DNA of 64,000 bases from assembly GCA_964016885.1 (NCBI GenBank), contig OZ024740.1:268956001-269020000 (forward strand). Direction: 5' to 3'. The notes under the pieces were generated by a model that was not told where the DNA came from, made no database searches, and worked only from the letters and a program-made list of their open reading frames with translations. Origin of the DNA: Eledone cirrhosa (lineage: Eukaryota). A program made the position numbers and the translations under genes. Shown here in pieces: positions 39,624 through 54,195 of this stretch; position 1 is the first letter of the stretch; each line of letters begins with the position of its first letter.

Positions 39624-39689
39624 TATTTCATTATATATATTTCAGGGATATCATATTAAAAATATGGTATGCCTTCATCAGACAAAATA
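39624..39689 (-). ncRNA. Minimal type I hammerhead, family H1
   Basis: Reverse complement of 39868-39933, inside inverted repeat ~39580-39975. Confidence 0.8.
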
Positions 39690-39867
39690 CAATATAAACA
39701 GTCTTATAAATAGATAGATTTGACATACCTTACACTTCAACTTCCATTTAAAAAATCAACTTTTTAAATGGAAGTTGAAGTGTAAGGTATGTCAAATCTA
39801 TCTATTTATAAGACTGTTGAAGTGTAAGGTATGTCAAATCTATCTATTTATAAGACTGTTTATATTG

Positions 39868-39933
39868 TATTTTGTCTGATGAAGGCATACCATATTTTTA
39901 ATATGATATCCCTGAAATATATATAATGAAATA
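39868..39933 (+). ncRNA. Minimal type I hammerhead, family H1
   Basis: UAUUUUGU, CUGAUGA, AGG..CAUAUU uuu AAUAUG..CCU, GAAA, UAUAUA, UA|AUGAAAUA. Confidence 0.85.
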
Positions 39934-40823
39934 AATATGGTTTTATAAATATAGTTTCCATTTATTTAATAACGTATATATTTTTATATATATATATATA
40001 TATATATAAAAATATATATATATTTATATATTTATATATTTATATATATATATATATATATATAAATATATATATATTTATATATTTATATATTTATATA
40101 TTTATATATATATATATATGCACACACACAGAGACACAGACAGACTCACATATACATTCACGTACATACACACACATATATATATATATATATTCTTATG
40201 CTTTGGGAGGGTCATGTTGCAAATAATACATATATATACATATATATACATATATATATATATATGCATATGTATACATATATATATATATATATATATG
40301 CATATGTATACATATATATACATATATATATATATACATATACATATATATATATATATTTATATATATATTTACCAAAAGAGATGATGGTGGGAGTGGA
40401 ATAATCCAATATTATTTTGGTGAAGTGTATCTAACTCGTTATTAGAGTCTACAGCCTGCAGGAATCTAAGTCAAATGTGTACTGCAAAGCGTTACGATAC
40501 TGGGAGATGAAGACACAGAAAATCGCGAAGCATAAATAATAAATATAAAATGAAAATATCCAGAAAAAATAAAAGGAAGCTTTCGAAAAGCTGGATATAT
40601 TAAGAAACCCAATTTTTCTAACAATTTTTCCTGAAGAAACGGGGATTTATGATTGATTGCCACATAAATTATAGATAAATATTTGTTTGTACTGATTAAT
40701 TAGTTGATACTGTATAGTGGTGGCTCATTTATGTCCATACAAACAATTGTAGAAATTAAAGATGGAATTTGAATAACAACCTTGGTTTTCCTATTGTGTT
40801 AATTATGTATATATATATATATA

Positions 40824-40919
<96 letters not shown>

Positions 40920-41002
40920 GTAATAATAATAAAATTGAAAGCAGCGATTCTTTGCTTAAACTTTAATCTGTTATTTTAATAATTATACATATATATATAT
41001 AC

Positions 41003-41035
<33 letters not shown>

Positions 41036-41353
41036 CGTGTGTGTTGGTGTGTTGGTGTGTTGGTGTGTGTGTGTGGTGTGAAAGGTAAACAGAAATAACA
41101 GCACAAACGGTACAGTATATTGAAGGAATATATTAGTTTAACGCTTGAAATAGTAGGAAGAGGGTCTTAACGTTTCAGACGGTAGTTCTTCACCAGATGA
41201 TAGAATCGAAAATTAGAAAAATTTAAGGGACGGACAGGCCCATTTTACAAATTATGTATGAGAAATCGTGTGTTGCAACCGATATTTTTATACGCACGCA
41301 TTATATAACTTTCATTTTTTCACTTTATATTCATTACTAATTATTCTTTAGAC

Positions 41354-41401
<48 letters not shown>

Positions 41402-41403
<2 letters not shown>

Positions 41404-41576
41404 TAAGCTATTCCGGGTTGAATCGGAGGTAACCACAGGTAAGGTACTCAATATATAGCAGAGTATAAAAGTTTTAATATAGAACTGTTTTATTCGTGAG
41501 AAATCATCAGGAATCTCCTGATGATTTCTCACGAATGAAATACTTCTAGTCCTGTAGAATCTCTTCTATATTAAAA

Positions 41577-41577
<1 letters not shown>
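41402..41577. mobile_element. Fold-back element, family H2, with back-to-back HHR cores (41480-41515 minus; 41516-41561 plus)
   Basis: ATTCGTGAGAAATCATCAGGA atc TCCTGATGATTTCTCACGAAT. Family members lie at 15640-15752 and 60320-60432. Confidence 0.8.
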
Positions 41578-41666
<89 letters not shown>

Positions 41667-41724
41667 CATATAAATAAATAAATAAATATACATATATATA
41701 AATAGATATATATATATGTATTGA

Positions 41725-42110
41725 CTAAACCGGCAACCTGACTAAGCCTGCTTGGTGAGGAGGGTGATATTTGGACACCCTGCGGGATAAAATACAAGAC
41801 CCAACAAAGGGCGGAGGAACTCGGCAGAATCAACTAGGACTATTTTTTCCCCTGGGAGTGAAACGCCCACAGTTGCTGTCACAACACCTTTCTAATAGAG
41901 AGAAAACATTTCTCCTTTTCGGGTAGTATTTTCGATGTTCAGAGAGTGGGATTGGTCGAGTGCAATGCCTTTCCCCACTTCAAAAACCTTCAAAGCACAG
42001 GCATTGCTTGTTCAGGATCTGTTACAGCTTCGTGTGGCTGGCCGTAGCCTAAATGTGCACCATTTTCTGTAATCTGACTAGCGATTGCAATACTCTTAGC
42101 AGAGTTTGCA

Positions 42111-42116
<6 letters not shown>
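41725..42116 (+). mobile_element. Diverged relative of the 38069 short retroelement
   Basis: Shares CTTGGTGAGGAGGGTGA..TTGGACA.CCTGC, GAGTGGGA.TGG and GCACAGGCATTG blocks. Confidence 0.6.
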
Positions 42117-42202
<86 letters not shown>

Positions 42203-42225
42203 GCGTGTGTGTGTGCGTGTGTGTG

Positions 42226-42314
<89 letters not shown>

Positions 42315-42479
42315 GTGTGTGTTTGTGTGTGTGTGTGTGTTCGTGTGCAAATTTTACGAGGTAATAGTATTAGAGTCCCGAATGTCAACATGTAATTTTT
42401 ATTTTCATTTAGATTTTAAAAATATAATATTTTATCTAAAATAACCTTTCTATAGTGAACTATAGTAAACCACCACCAC

Positions 42480-43430
42480 CACGTTGACGTCACATTGTAT
42501 ATGTGTGTGTATGTGGCTGTGAGTGTGTGCGTGTTTGCGAGTTTGTTACATACGTTAGGCCTCAGAAAATTAAACACACACACATATCTACACATACAGA
42601 TACATATGTGATGACAGACAGGTGTGCGTGAATGCATGTCTGTCTGTGTGTGTCTTAGTATATGTATGTGAGTGTGTGTGAGTGTATGTGAGAGTGTATG
42701 TGCGTGTGAGTGGATCTGTGTGTGTGAATGTATGTGGCAACAAGTAATTTTTATTTTCATTTCTATTAAAACGATATAATAAAAGACATTTTATACCTTG
42801 GGTATGTATATGTGTCTGTCTTAGTATATGTATGTGAATGTATGTTTGAGTGTATGTGCGTGTGAGTGTATGTGTGTGTGAGTGTATGTGAGTGTATATA
42901 TTTGTGTGAGTGTATGTATGTTGACTGACCACGAACGGCTGGAGGTGAAACTCTCGACAAAGAAAAATGAGGTTGTATGTGTCAAACCAATATAATATTT
43001 TAACTAAAATCAACTAAAAGGCATTTTATACCACCTCAACCACCACGAGACAACGACAATGTCATTTTGTGTATGTGTCTGTGAGTGTATGTGTGTTTGT
43101 GCGTTCGGTACATACGTTAGGCCTCAGATAATTAAACACACACACATCAACACATACATATACATAATACGTATGAGTGTATGTGTGAGTGTAGATGTCA
43201 CATTTTGTATGTTTATGTGAGTGTCTTAGTAAATGTATGTGAATGTATGTGAGAGTGTATGTGTGTGTGTGTGTGTATGTGTGTGTGAGTGTATGTGTGT
43301 GTGAGTGTATATGTGTGTGAGTGTATGTGTGTTGACTGACATAACGAACGGCTGGAGGTGAAACTCTTGACAAGAAAAAAAGAAAAGATGAGGTGGCAGG
43401 TGTCAGGATATTTTATTCTACCACCACAAC
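42480..43430. repeat. Imperfect tandem duplication rich in GT microsatellite, upstream of the Helitron
   Basis: ACATACGTTAGGCCTCAGA and GAACGGCTGGAGGTGAAACTC each occur twice. Confidence 0.7.
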
Positions 43431-43959
43431 GATGTATATGGTTAATTTACACTGCATACAAAAACAGAGACATACTAAATACATACAACTGCTTACAAGA
43501 GGTAATCGCTCAAGAAACACGTATAAAGCAAGGAGGATATATATATATTTCTTTTGGATGTTGATACTTATTTGTTTACAATACTGAAAAAATATGCTAC
43601 ATAGAAAGCTGTGTATGTTGTTTACAATATTGAAAAAAATATGTCACCAAAGAAAAGAGGTAATCACTCAAGAAACAGGTATAAAGCAAGGAGGATATAT
43701 ATTTCTTTTTCAAGGTATTTACAATTACACATTTACCCTTACATTAACATTTAATACATGTGCTTAATATATATATATTAAGGAATTTATCAAGGTATAT
43801 ACAAATATACATTTACCGTTAAATTAGCAGTTAATAATTAGCTTATATTTGGTTAATTACACTGCATACAAAAGTAGCGACATACTACATACATACAACT
43901 GCCTACAAATGTATATGTTTTTGTATGTTGATAATCATTTGTTTACAATATTGAAAAAA

Positions 43960-46900
43960 ATGCCACCAAAGAAAAGTGGTAATCTCTCAAGAAACACGTA
44001 TAAAGTAAGGATGATTGAAGAAAACCGATGGCGAGAGTCTCAAGAGAGAAGAGAGATGAGACTTTCTCAAAGTTAGCCAGGGCATTGTGCAGCATGTCAA
44101 ATGGAGTCTCAAGAGAGAAGGGAGATGAGACTTTCTCAAGATCAGCAAAGGCATGCTGCAACACTTAATGCTGAATCATTAAAACAAGGTTTAGCACGCC
44201 AGGTTAGACATAGGTCCAACAGAATACCTCTCACAAACAGACCACGTACAAATTCGTCGTTCACAACTACTGGAGCTGCTTTAAGATATGATCGATCTCA
44301 TTCTTATAAAAAGGATAATTCTGAAATTGTCGTTTCTGCAAAGCTTTAAAATTTCCAAATGAAATAAATGGCATGTGCTGCTCAAGTGGTAAGGTAAGAT
44401 TGTCAGCACTACCAGCTCCTCCTCAACCTCTTATGGATCTTCTGCAAGGCACTTCCATACAGTCAAATTATTTTCTGAACAATATTAGAAAATAACACTC
44501 TGAATTTCAAATGACATCGTTTGGTGCATCTAAGGAGATAGTTGATAATGGATTTATGCCGAAATTCAAAGTTCAATGGCAAGTCTATCACCGCATTGAT
44601 TCTCTGTTGCCCACAAATGAACAACCAAAGTTCCTCCAAATTTACTTTATGAGTGACGTAGAACAACAAACCTGAAGGAGGTATCAAAACTTCAGAAATT
44701 TGGATATAAACATTGTTCATCAATTGTAAAATATATTGCATGAAAACAATGCCTTGGTTCAACCCTTTAAAACAGTTATTGAACAACAACCTCAAGGTGA
44801 TTATTAAATTGTTATGTGCGCTGACAAACGACCTCATGGTGAACATGTACATCATTTTAATAATCCCACATCTAATGAAGTAGCCATCCTTATGGTAGGT
44901 GGTCCCCTTGCAAATCGTGATATTCTCATTCATGCTCGAGATAACAAACTTAAACGTGTTTCAGAGACTCATCCCTCTTACGATGCTCTCCTTTATCCTC
45001 TTATTTTGTGGAATGGACAAGATGAGTATCATTTCAATATTCCACAGATTGAACCTGCAACAGGAGAGCCAATTACAAACAAAAAGGTTTCGTCAAATGA
45101 TTTCTATTCTTACCAACTGATATTAAGACCAGAACAGTCAAATCAATTACACATGTATCGTGATCTATTTAATCAATACCTGGTTGATATGTATGCTAAA
45201 GTTGAGAGTGATCGTCTCCTCTACATTTGTAACAATAAAAAAAAAGTTAACGGCTGAAAATTATGTTCATCTCCAAGATGCTCTGAGGACAGATGGTGAC
45301 ATTGAAAATATGGGGCAACCTATAATCCTTCCATCATCATTCACAGATGGTCCTCCGTACATGCACCAACGAACACAAGATGCTAGGACATATGAAAACC
45401 AGATCTTTTTGTCACTTTTACCTGCAATTCAAAATGGGAGGAAATAAAATCTAACCTTCTTCCAGGTCAATAACCCCGTCATCGACATGATATTATTTCA
45501 AGAGTGTTTCGTCAGAAAGTTCTGAAAACGGTTTATCTGATCACCAACACAAACATTGCCCTTTTTGGACCAAATATTTGTCATATGTACACTATTGAAT
45601 GGCAAAAGAGAGCCTTCCTCATGCACATATGCTGTTTTGGTTAAATGAAAAACTTCATCTCGACCAAATTGATACCATGATTAGTGCTGAATTACCAGAT
45701 CCAAAAAGAGACCCGGAACTATTTGAAACTGTAAAATCACAGATCGTTCATGGTCCGTGTAGGTACAATGAATTTCAATTCTATTTGTATGGTGGAAGGT
45801 AAGTTCACCAAACACTATCCACGGGAATTTCTGGACGAAACTCAAACGGGATATGATGGTTACCCACTCTATGGACGTCGTAAACAATACCAGGGAGGAT
45901 TCAGAGCGAACCTTAGAGAACGACAGAATCATCAATTAGAAATTGATAACAGGTAGATTGTTCCATATAGTCCAACAATGTGCAAAACTTTCAATGCGCA
46001 CATCAATGTGGAATTTTACAATTCTTTCAAATCAATCAAGTATGTTTGTAAGTATATAAATAAGGGACCTGATATGGCAATGTTTGGGCTAAAAGATATG
46101 GATAAAAATGATGAGATAACATGTTACTAGATGGCTCGATATATTAGCAGCAATGAGGCAGCATAGAGATTTTTCTATTTTCCAATTTATGAAAGGTATC
46201 CTACAGTAGTTCATCTTGCCGTACATTTAGAAAATGGGCAGCGTGTTATCTTTAATCCTGAAAATCCCCAGCAGTTTATGCAGAAAATGCAAACTCCTTC
46301 AGAAACAACACTTACTGCTTTCTTTAAACTTTTTAATCAGGACTCATTTGCTGCAACATTACCAGCAAGTCCCAAACTTCTATACATTGATTTAAACTAA
46401 TTACATGTGGAAAAGGAGGACAAGAGGGAGAGATGTTGAAGGATGGCCTGGAATTAAGAAAGATGATGCACTTGGAAGGGTCTATACTGTACACTAAAAC
46501 AACTTTGAATGGTATTTTCTTTGCTTGTTACTTCATGTGGTTAGAGGACCAAAGTCTTTCAAGATCTGAGAATGTTGATGGTCAACTATGTGAAACTTAT
46601 CGTGAATCATATAACATACTAGGACTGATATAAAATGATTCTCACTGGGATGAGACGTTAACTGAAGCTGTTGTTTCAAGTTCTCCCACTCAGCTGAGGA
46701 ATTTATTTGCAATAATGTTACACATGTTACCTGTCCAATCCTAAACAGCTATGGGAGAATCACAAGCATGAACTAAGTGATGATGTTCTCAATCGTGCTC
46801 AAAGGGAAAATCCAAACCTTGACCTTTAATTAAAAGACTATATTATCAATGAGATTTTGATTCTGCTTGGGAAGGGAAAGATCTAAATGAGTATGGATTG

Positions 46901-47270
46901 CCATCTACCAACAGACAACAACAAAATTTGTACCATGAAATTCTCCGAGAAACTTCCTACAATTTAGATGCTCTGGCACAGTTTGTCACAGAAAATGAGC
47001 ATAAGCTTCAACAATTGCAAACGTATGCATATAATATAATCATTGATGCATCTTCTGGTATTGCAGCTACCCTCAATGAGGGCAGAACTGCTCATTCCAT
47101 GTTCAAACTCCCTCTAAACCTTGCAATGAAAGAATGTCAAATGTGCAACATTTCCAAAAGCTCTGCAACAGTTCTCCAACAAACTTGCCTCATTGTTTGG
47201 GACGAGTGTACTATGTCACAGCATGGAGCTCTATAGGCACTTGACTATACCCTCCAAGACATAAAAAAAC
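43960..47270 (+). mobile_element. Helitron Rep-helicase pseudogene, truncated inside the PIF1 helicase
   Basis: Ordered motifs across frameshifts: CCSSGKV, FQMTSFGA, ETHPSYDALLYPL, QYLVDMYAKVE, LPSSF, DLFVTFTCN, LPHAHML (HUH), HINVE, KYVCKYINKG, RYISSNEA, LAVHLENGQ, ASSGIAATL, GRTAHSMFKLPL, LIVWDECTM. Confidence 0.93.
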
Positions 47271-47484
47271 AATAGCACGCTTCTTGCATATCTTCAATTA
47301 CGTACTCCATATGACTGAAAAAATAGTCGTTACAAAAATCGAAACGCGAAAACACATAAGGATTAGTGGTTCACTTAAAATAATATTTTATGACGTAAAA
47401 TATGAATGGAACATATAGTAGTAATTACAAAAACATTGTGTAAATCAGGTCTTCCCCCACAAAAATCATAATTGCTCTAAATGA

Positions 47485-48700
47485 AGGTTTCACAACCTTT
47501 TTTGCGCGCGTCATCGCTTACTTTCACAAGGAAACATTCTCCACCACCCACATGAATAGTAAATATACAAAAGCATTACAAAAATGTTTGGTAAAGTTTG
47601 TTACTTGTTCATAAACTGACTTTTTTATGATGTAAAAAATATCGAAGCGAGGTAACAAATAACATTATGCGATGGCTGCTGCTGCTAATATGGTATTAAA
47701 GAATAAATGAAAGCAAACTTGACCATTTAAAACGGTATTGTATCAAATTTAATTAATCATAACATTTAGCTTTATGGTGAATGTTAGTTTTATGGTTAGG
47801 TTTTAGTGAATATGTCGCTAAAGAAAAGGTTTTACATTTTGAAGCAATCAGAGAAGTGTATAGTGGAGTGTTTTGAAAAACAATTATTGTTATATTAAAC
47901 AGTTCGACAAAACGGACAACGCAGTTGCATTTTGACAACTATCGTTGTCGTATGGGACAGAACGCTCACATAGTTTTCATTATTACCAAGTCACAGTTTA
48001 TGGAAAATTCTTTCAGACAAAGAATTCGATTTTAGCTTAACAGTTTTAATAACTAACTTCTGTACATAACTGTTGATATTTTTACCACTAAATATTGTCA
48101 GTGAGCCACACAGTGAGCTTAAAACAGGATGCGAAAGTTCAAACTTTAATAGAGATGAGAAACGTCTGTATTTACCTACCACAGCAGGTAGCCCATCAGA
48201 TGTACAAGCAACAATATTGTTCAATGGGATGTTATGCTTATTAAAAAGTAGCTTCATTAAATCTAAAACATGCGTATCTTTTGAGTCAAGCAACAATTGA
48301 TCAGTGGACAGCATCTTTTCACAAGTTTGAATATTTTCATTAAATAGCGAACATACACCATCATCGACCATTGACTTCTCATAACTGTTGGTTCGACAAC
48401 TTGTATGGAAAATTCAGAACAATAGATATAACGAATATATGACAAAGGTTTTTCCTTCTGGTCAGCATGCTTAGAATATAAATGATACTTTAAATGTAAA
48501 GGCTTCATTGCTTCGTTGCTTAATGTTTGGTTGCACACAAGACACATAGATAATTGATTACTCTTAGGAGAAGCGTTAAAGCCATTAGATAAATAATAAA
48601 TGTTGTATTGAAGAAGGGTGTTCTTAAATGGAATCATTGTAGTGTTTAGAAATTGTACACGACACAAAGAAACTAATAGGAATAATATATAACAAAACTT
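47485..48700 (-). mobile_element. hAT (Buster/Charlie-type) transposon remnant
   Basis: BED-type motif CLVCNQTLSNEAMKPLHLKYHLYSKH and NIPLNNIVACTSDGLPAVVG. TIR-like GGTTTCACAACCTTTTT near 47485. Confidence 0.8.
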
Positions 48701-51700
48701 TCGTTCACTAAGTTATATTATTACTCGAAGCCCGTTTATAATAAACCACAAATACTAAAATATAACAACGTTGCAATCACGTGGTGATCAATACAAACCA
48801 ACAAGTTCAAGTCGTTATCCGTTTATATGAGCAAGCGTATTGAGCTGTAAATAGGTCCCATCTTTGTATTCTCATATTTTGTCTGGTATTGTCATCCGCT
48901 CCTCTTTGTCTAGGTCATGTCGTTAGTTTTAGAGGTCATCGCTTGTGTCAGTTTTATGTGTGATCTCGCGCTGCTGGTAACATTGGTACCCTGAGGTCAC
49001 TTGCTTTTACTGGTAAAGTTGTTCTCAGTCTTCTCTTATCTGATTTATATCCGAATAAATTGTTAATGACCCTTCTCAAAACTAGAAAATACCGAAATAT
49101 TTCTTGTTTGTAGGGATGTTTATATCTTATCTGCGAATGTGGTCCAGTTATTCCCATTTAGTCTCCTGTTTTTTCATACAATTTCTTTGTATATCTCCCT
49201 TGAGTATTTTTTTCGGGTAGCATGTGTTGAAATACCTTCTTTATACACAAAATCATATATTGCAAAATTTCTAAACGCCCACAATTTTCTGTTCAATTGC
49301 TCATCATCCATCCAACAACTGGGATCGTCCAGGGTAGGACACCCTGCTCTAAATACTGTTTTCTCTTCGTTGTCATCAACAAGCGGAAATTAACAGTTGA
49401 CTTATTCATCCAAGAGGTACTCAAAATGTTTTATAAAATTTACAGTCGGTCAGATTCCCCCCTCGCCTCCCCCACTTTTTATTTCCAATCTATTTAGAAA
49501 ACGATGAGTGATTCGTTGGGAACAAGATTTTTAATTTCACTTATCACGCTACCTCTTTCATCGTAGCCTCCAGGTATCAACAAGCATAAAATTTGTTTGG
49601 GAGAAGTGTATATTCAGTAAATCTACCCTAATATCTATCGATTAGAACTGAGAACGTAAAAGAACGTAGTTAAATACTACAAGACATTGTCTTCAACATT
49701 CTATCGATACAGCAATCAATCCATTCTGCTATCCATTGTTGAATGTAGCTGATAAAATAAACGTAATAATGTTACAGGGCTCATATAATATTAGAGAAGG
49801 TGTTATAGAATTTTTCGTTTGGTGGGAGCATGGGTTAGTGGTTCTAAAAAGTGAAAATGGCAACATATTGGCATTATACTGCACATAAGGCGAATTGGTG
49901 TTGATAATTTTAGATGATAAAAAAAATGAGGCGTTTGATAAAAAAAAAAAAATAAACAGTTGTGAACTGTGCTACATAATAAAAGAATCAATAGGAACAT
50001 AAGACGAATTACATAGACAAAATTAGTAATAATTTTTAAAAAAAGCTGAAAGTGTTATTACAAGAATTATATAAACAGTATAAAACCAAAATACACTACT
50101 GGGAACTATAAGTATTTTGATAGCTTTCATTTAATTGAAATTAATCTACAAAAGATTGGATTTTTTTATTTGATATCAATATGCTAAGATTATAATTTGG
50201 AGAGATATAGTGTCTTGTCACCGATGGCTATTCCTAGAAGTCTAAACATGATTAATTATATCAATATTAACAGAAATGGGAGACAAGTGTTGATTAGAGC
50301 CACCCACTTAGCAGACATTGAATCATTGTCAACTCCCATTAACACTTTAAGCATCATTAGAAAAACTACTTACAACACCCAGTGAATATACAATTCAAAT
50401 ATTTATACATATATATTTGTTTATATTTGATTGAATATTTAAAAAAAAAACAATATCCAAATAACACTAAATGAACTGGAAACCTCAAAAGTGAAATACA
50501 AAAAGAAAACCAAACAAAAATATAATTAATACAAAACAAATCGCATTACATTCAGATCTGAACAGACGAAAACCATTCTGGTTAGTTAGCATTGGTCTAC
50601 GATGTTGAGGCGGTTTGCCACAATTTCTAGTTGTTTTCTTTTAATTCTATATTAATCCTATGTGCATAATGCTGACATTGCCATCTATGCATGTGACTAG
50701 CTACATCACAACATTACGATAAGAAGAGAAATCAAAAGAATGTAGATAGAAGATATTAAACAGGAGTTGGGGTATAAAGTTCATAAATCCTGACGCCACG
50801 ATACAAACAATAAAATATTGTTAGGAACAGTAGAGATGTTATCAGGCAAACTACTCAAATAATATACACATATAATGGGTGTAATGTATAATGTTTGTGT
50901 GTAGAAACTACAATTGATCGGGAATTAACTAGAAGAGAAAAATTATAGCAATGATATGATATGATATTAAAAGTACACAAATATCAACCAAAAAGAATGA
51001 AGTATGAATAAGGCCGTAAGGAAACGAAAGTAAGGAAATATTAAATGTATGCATTTATACAACTCCATCCAACACAGAAATATTGTTAAGGAATATATTG
51101 GGAGTAGAAAGAGCCATAAAATAATTGAAATACTTCATGCGCTAGCACACGAATTGGCAGATAATGCAGCTGAAGCTATAAGGTAGAAGAAAATAATGTT
51201 ACACAACCTACATTTTACTTGTATGGATTACAACCAAACAAAACCCACCAAAAACAAATAAAACACCCGTTATAGCATATCACATTAATAGAGAGATCCT
51301 TATAAATTATAAACAGGCAGTTGTCCATAAAAACTAACATTTCCTAATAGAGAAAATTAACGATATTAAATCCCAACCAAATCGAACTAACAGCAAAAGC
51401 AATTTCCATCAGAAATGCAATATCTTCGAACAGTTTGTTCTTAATATTTCTATTTGGCACTATTTTCCCAACACAGCGCTAAACATTACGTACAGAAATT
51501 GGCTAAATGCTTGGGAAGTCCCACAACACTAACTCAGAGAGACAGTTGAAAAGTGTTTTTAATATTGTAAAGATTTATAGTTGTGCAATCCGCTAGAATT
51601 GGCAACCAAATATCACTCAAATCACAATTCCCTGAAATGAAGACATGATAATGTAGTCGGGGTAGAGGATATATATATATAATATAACAAGATGAGTTGA

Positions 51701-51749
51701 TTGCGATTAGAATACTTTTGATCATACGTCTACTCAGTCAGAGTCGGGT

Positions 51750-52390
51750 TGTGCTAAACAACAATAAATGGGAGAGATCCTTGACAATTTAACCGGTCTG
51801 TCTGTCCAGCCCCTGAAGACGGTACTGGACGGCATGGACCTGCCCCTTATGGTGCCTAGCCACAACCCCACCGATTTTTCCTGCTTAACTTTTGCCCCTG
51901 TCCCTGCCTCGTACTCCCACAGTGCGGTACCAGTTATCTCAAAGCGTTGGCATAAGCTGACATAAATATTCCTTACCCTAGTTCGTATGTGATGCCCATA
52001 AACGACCCCCCCCCCCATTTCAGGCATTATTGGCGTACACCAGAAACAAGAGGTGACAACATTGTTGGACTGAACGCATGATATTCAACGATTCCCATAG
52101 GTGACCATTCATACTGACCACCAAGTAGATGTCACTGTGCGTTGCAGCATTGCATCCCCTGAAACCGGATCCAAAACCGGCTGACTTCAGAACTGGCACG
52201 AGGTACCAATGTTCGATCTCATCAAGATTTTTCAATGGACCTAAGTTGACCAGCAATGTCAAGTTCCATAACCACCCTCTCCTTGATGTACCGCATAATG
52301 TGGAGGGTGTCATGGATGTATCTGTTCGAAATGGCGTATGTCTGCGCCCTTCCTACCTAACCATCAACAAACACCAACCTGGTTTCTAAC
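51750..52390 (-). mobile_element. L1/Tx1-like RT fragment
   Basis: LVPVLKSAGFGSGFRG..VSMNGHL..RSVQQCCHL and YEAGTGAKVKQEKSVGLWLG. Confidence 0.75.
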
Positions 52391-53949
52391 ATCTTGGTCA
52401 AAACTTTGAACTTTACGTTATGGACCTAAAATTATCAATATTGTACTCCTTGCTTTAGTCAGTAGTACCAAACCTCCCCAGTTCATATGACAATGAATCA
52501 TCCCATTCTGCTATTCTGGTATTATCTTACGAAACTTAGGAGTCATCGGGACATTTCCGTTACTTCTGCACTAACAACCTGGCCATACGGTGCTCATATA
52601 TATGATTACCAGACTTGTTACTGATTCTTTTACTGCTATTCGGATATTTCATTGTATACCGATCCGAAAGCCGGTACATGACGAATTTGCTAAGTTTGCT
52701 TTCGGAGTTTTCGAATGTATGGTGCTTCAGTCGGTATATCCGACAACGCTAGTTGAACTTGTAACTGGATCTTTTCAATTTCTTTAAATATGCAGAGATA
52801 CGTGATATTTCTTTTCTCTCATTATTGCGATATTAAATCCGCTCATAGTGCTGCTGTTTTTTTCTTCACGTGGTATTTCTATGCATTTGTATGTTCTTCA
52901 TAATGATTGAAGTCTAGAATTTCAGTATTCATCAAAGAGCGAAGGAAGCTCTATTTGTAATTCGGTTGCGTTATTGGGAACTTTGAAGAGGCAATTGAGG
53001 AAACATTTATGATTGTAATTTTGTTGTTGTTATTACCGATTCCGATTTCATTAAAATTACTGTTACTTGTGTTACAAATGGGTTACAAATCACATTTTCG
53101 AAATTACATGTTTTTACATTTTTCCTAAGTGTTTGTTTCATTTTTCTGTGTGACTTTCTGAAAGGAGCAATAATTAAACCATGGCAAACTGAATAAATCA
53201 GTTCACAAAAGAATACTTTATCCTTCATTAAACCAAGGGGAAGCATATAAAAACAAAACTTTCACTTCTTCCCTATAATACCATTAAATTCAAAATCTGT
53301 AATGAACAGGAAGTTTCCTCCTGAATACATGCTGCAGAAGGAGGTAACCTGCTCTTTGGCATATAATTACCACACTGCCTTCTTTGGCTAGACTCGACTC
53401 GTGTCTAAATACCGCTTTCGGGGTGGTAATACTAACGAAGAAGCTCTTCATAGAACTTTTGTGAAATTCGTACAATTTCAATTCATACTATTGTACCCAT
53501 TAAAGGATCATAAGGATACAAATAGTTAGAAAACACGAAGTCAAGTCATCCATTACAAACCAGAAGCTGAAATGACAGATTGTTATGAAAAAAAGGAAAA
53601 AGTTCAACAGATGTTATAAAAAACCTAACATCGAAGCTAAAATGGGACTATAGAACGCCATGATAAATCAATGACAGAAAAAGCCGCAACATTGCTTACA
53701 ATAGGAAATGAGTAAACGGAGAGGAGGGTGTAGATAATAAAACTAGACAACGCTGGTTAAGAAGCATACGACTCAAACCTGAGTTCTTAATGATTCTTAA
53801 TTCTGGCACTGAATCAATGCATCAAATGAAACGGAATATAATTTGTAACTACAGAATATGTATAGGCGAGGAAGAAACAATTAATCATATGATTAACCAT
53901 GAAGGAATACATCCAGGGGCATTCCTAAGTTGGGATTGAATACACTGTA

Positions 53950-54195
53950 CGTGGCTCAGTAGTAGGGATGTTGGACTTGTGGTCATACTGTCATGAGTTC
54001 CATTCCTGGGCTGGGTTGTGTGTTGTGTTCTTGAGCAAAACACTTCATTTCACTTTGCTCCAACATATTAAGCTGAAAATGAGTACCAACAAGAGCCGGG
54101 GTGGAGTGTGTGTGTGTGGCGGGGGGGGGGGGGGGGGGGGGAACCCACCGATGGACTTGATAAGCACCGATCCGATGCACTTCCTCCTTTGAGAC
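53950..54195 (+). mobile_element. tRNA-derived SINE, family B
   Basis: GTGGCTCAGTAGTAG..GAGTTCCATTCC..GTTCTTGAGCAAAACACTTCATTTCAC..AAAATGAGTACC. Confidence 0.75.
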
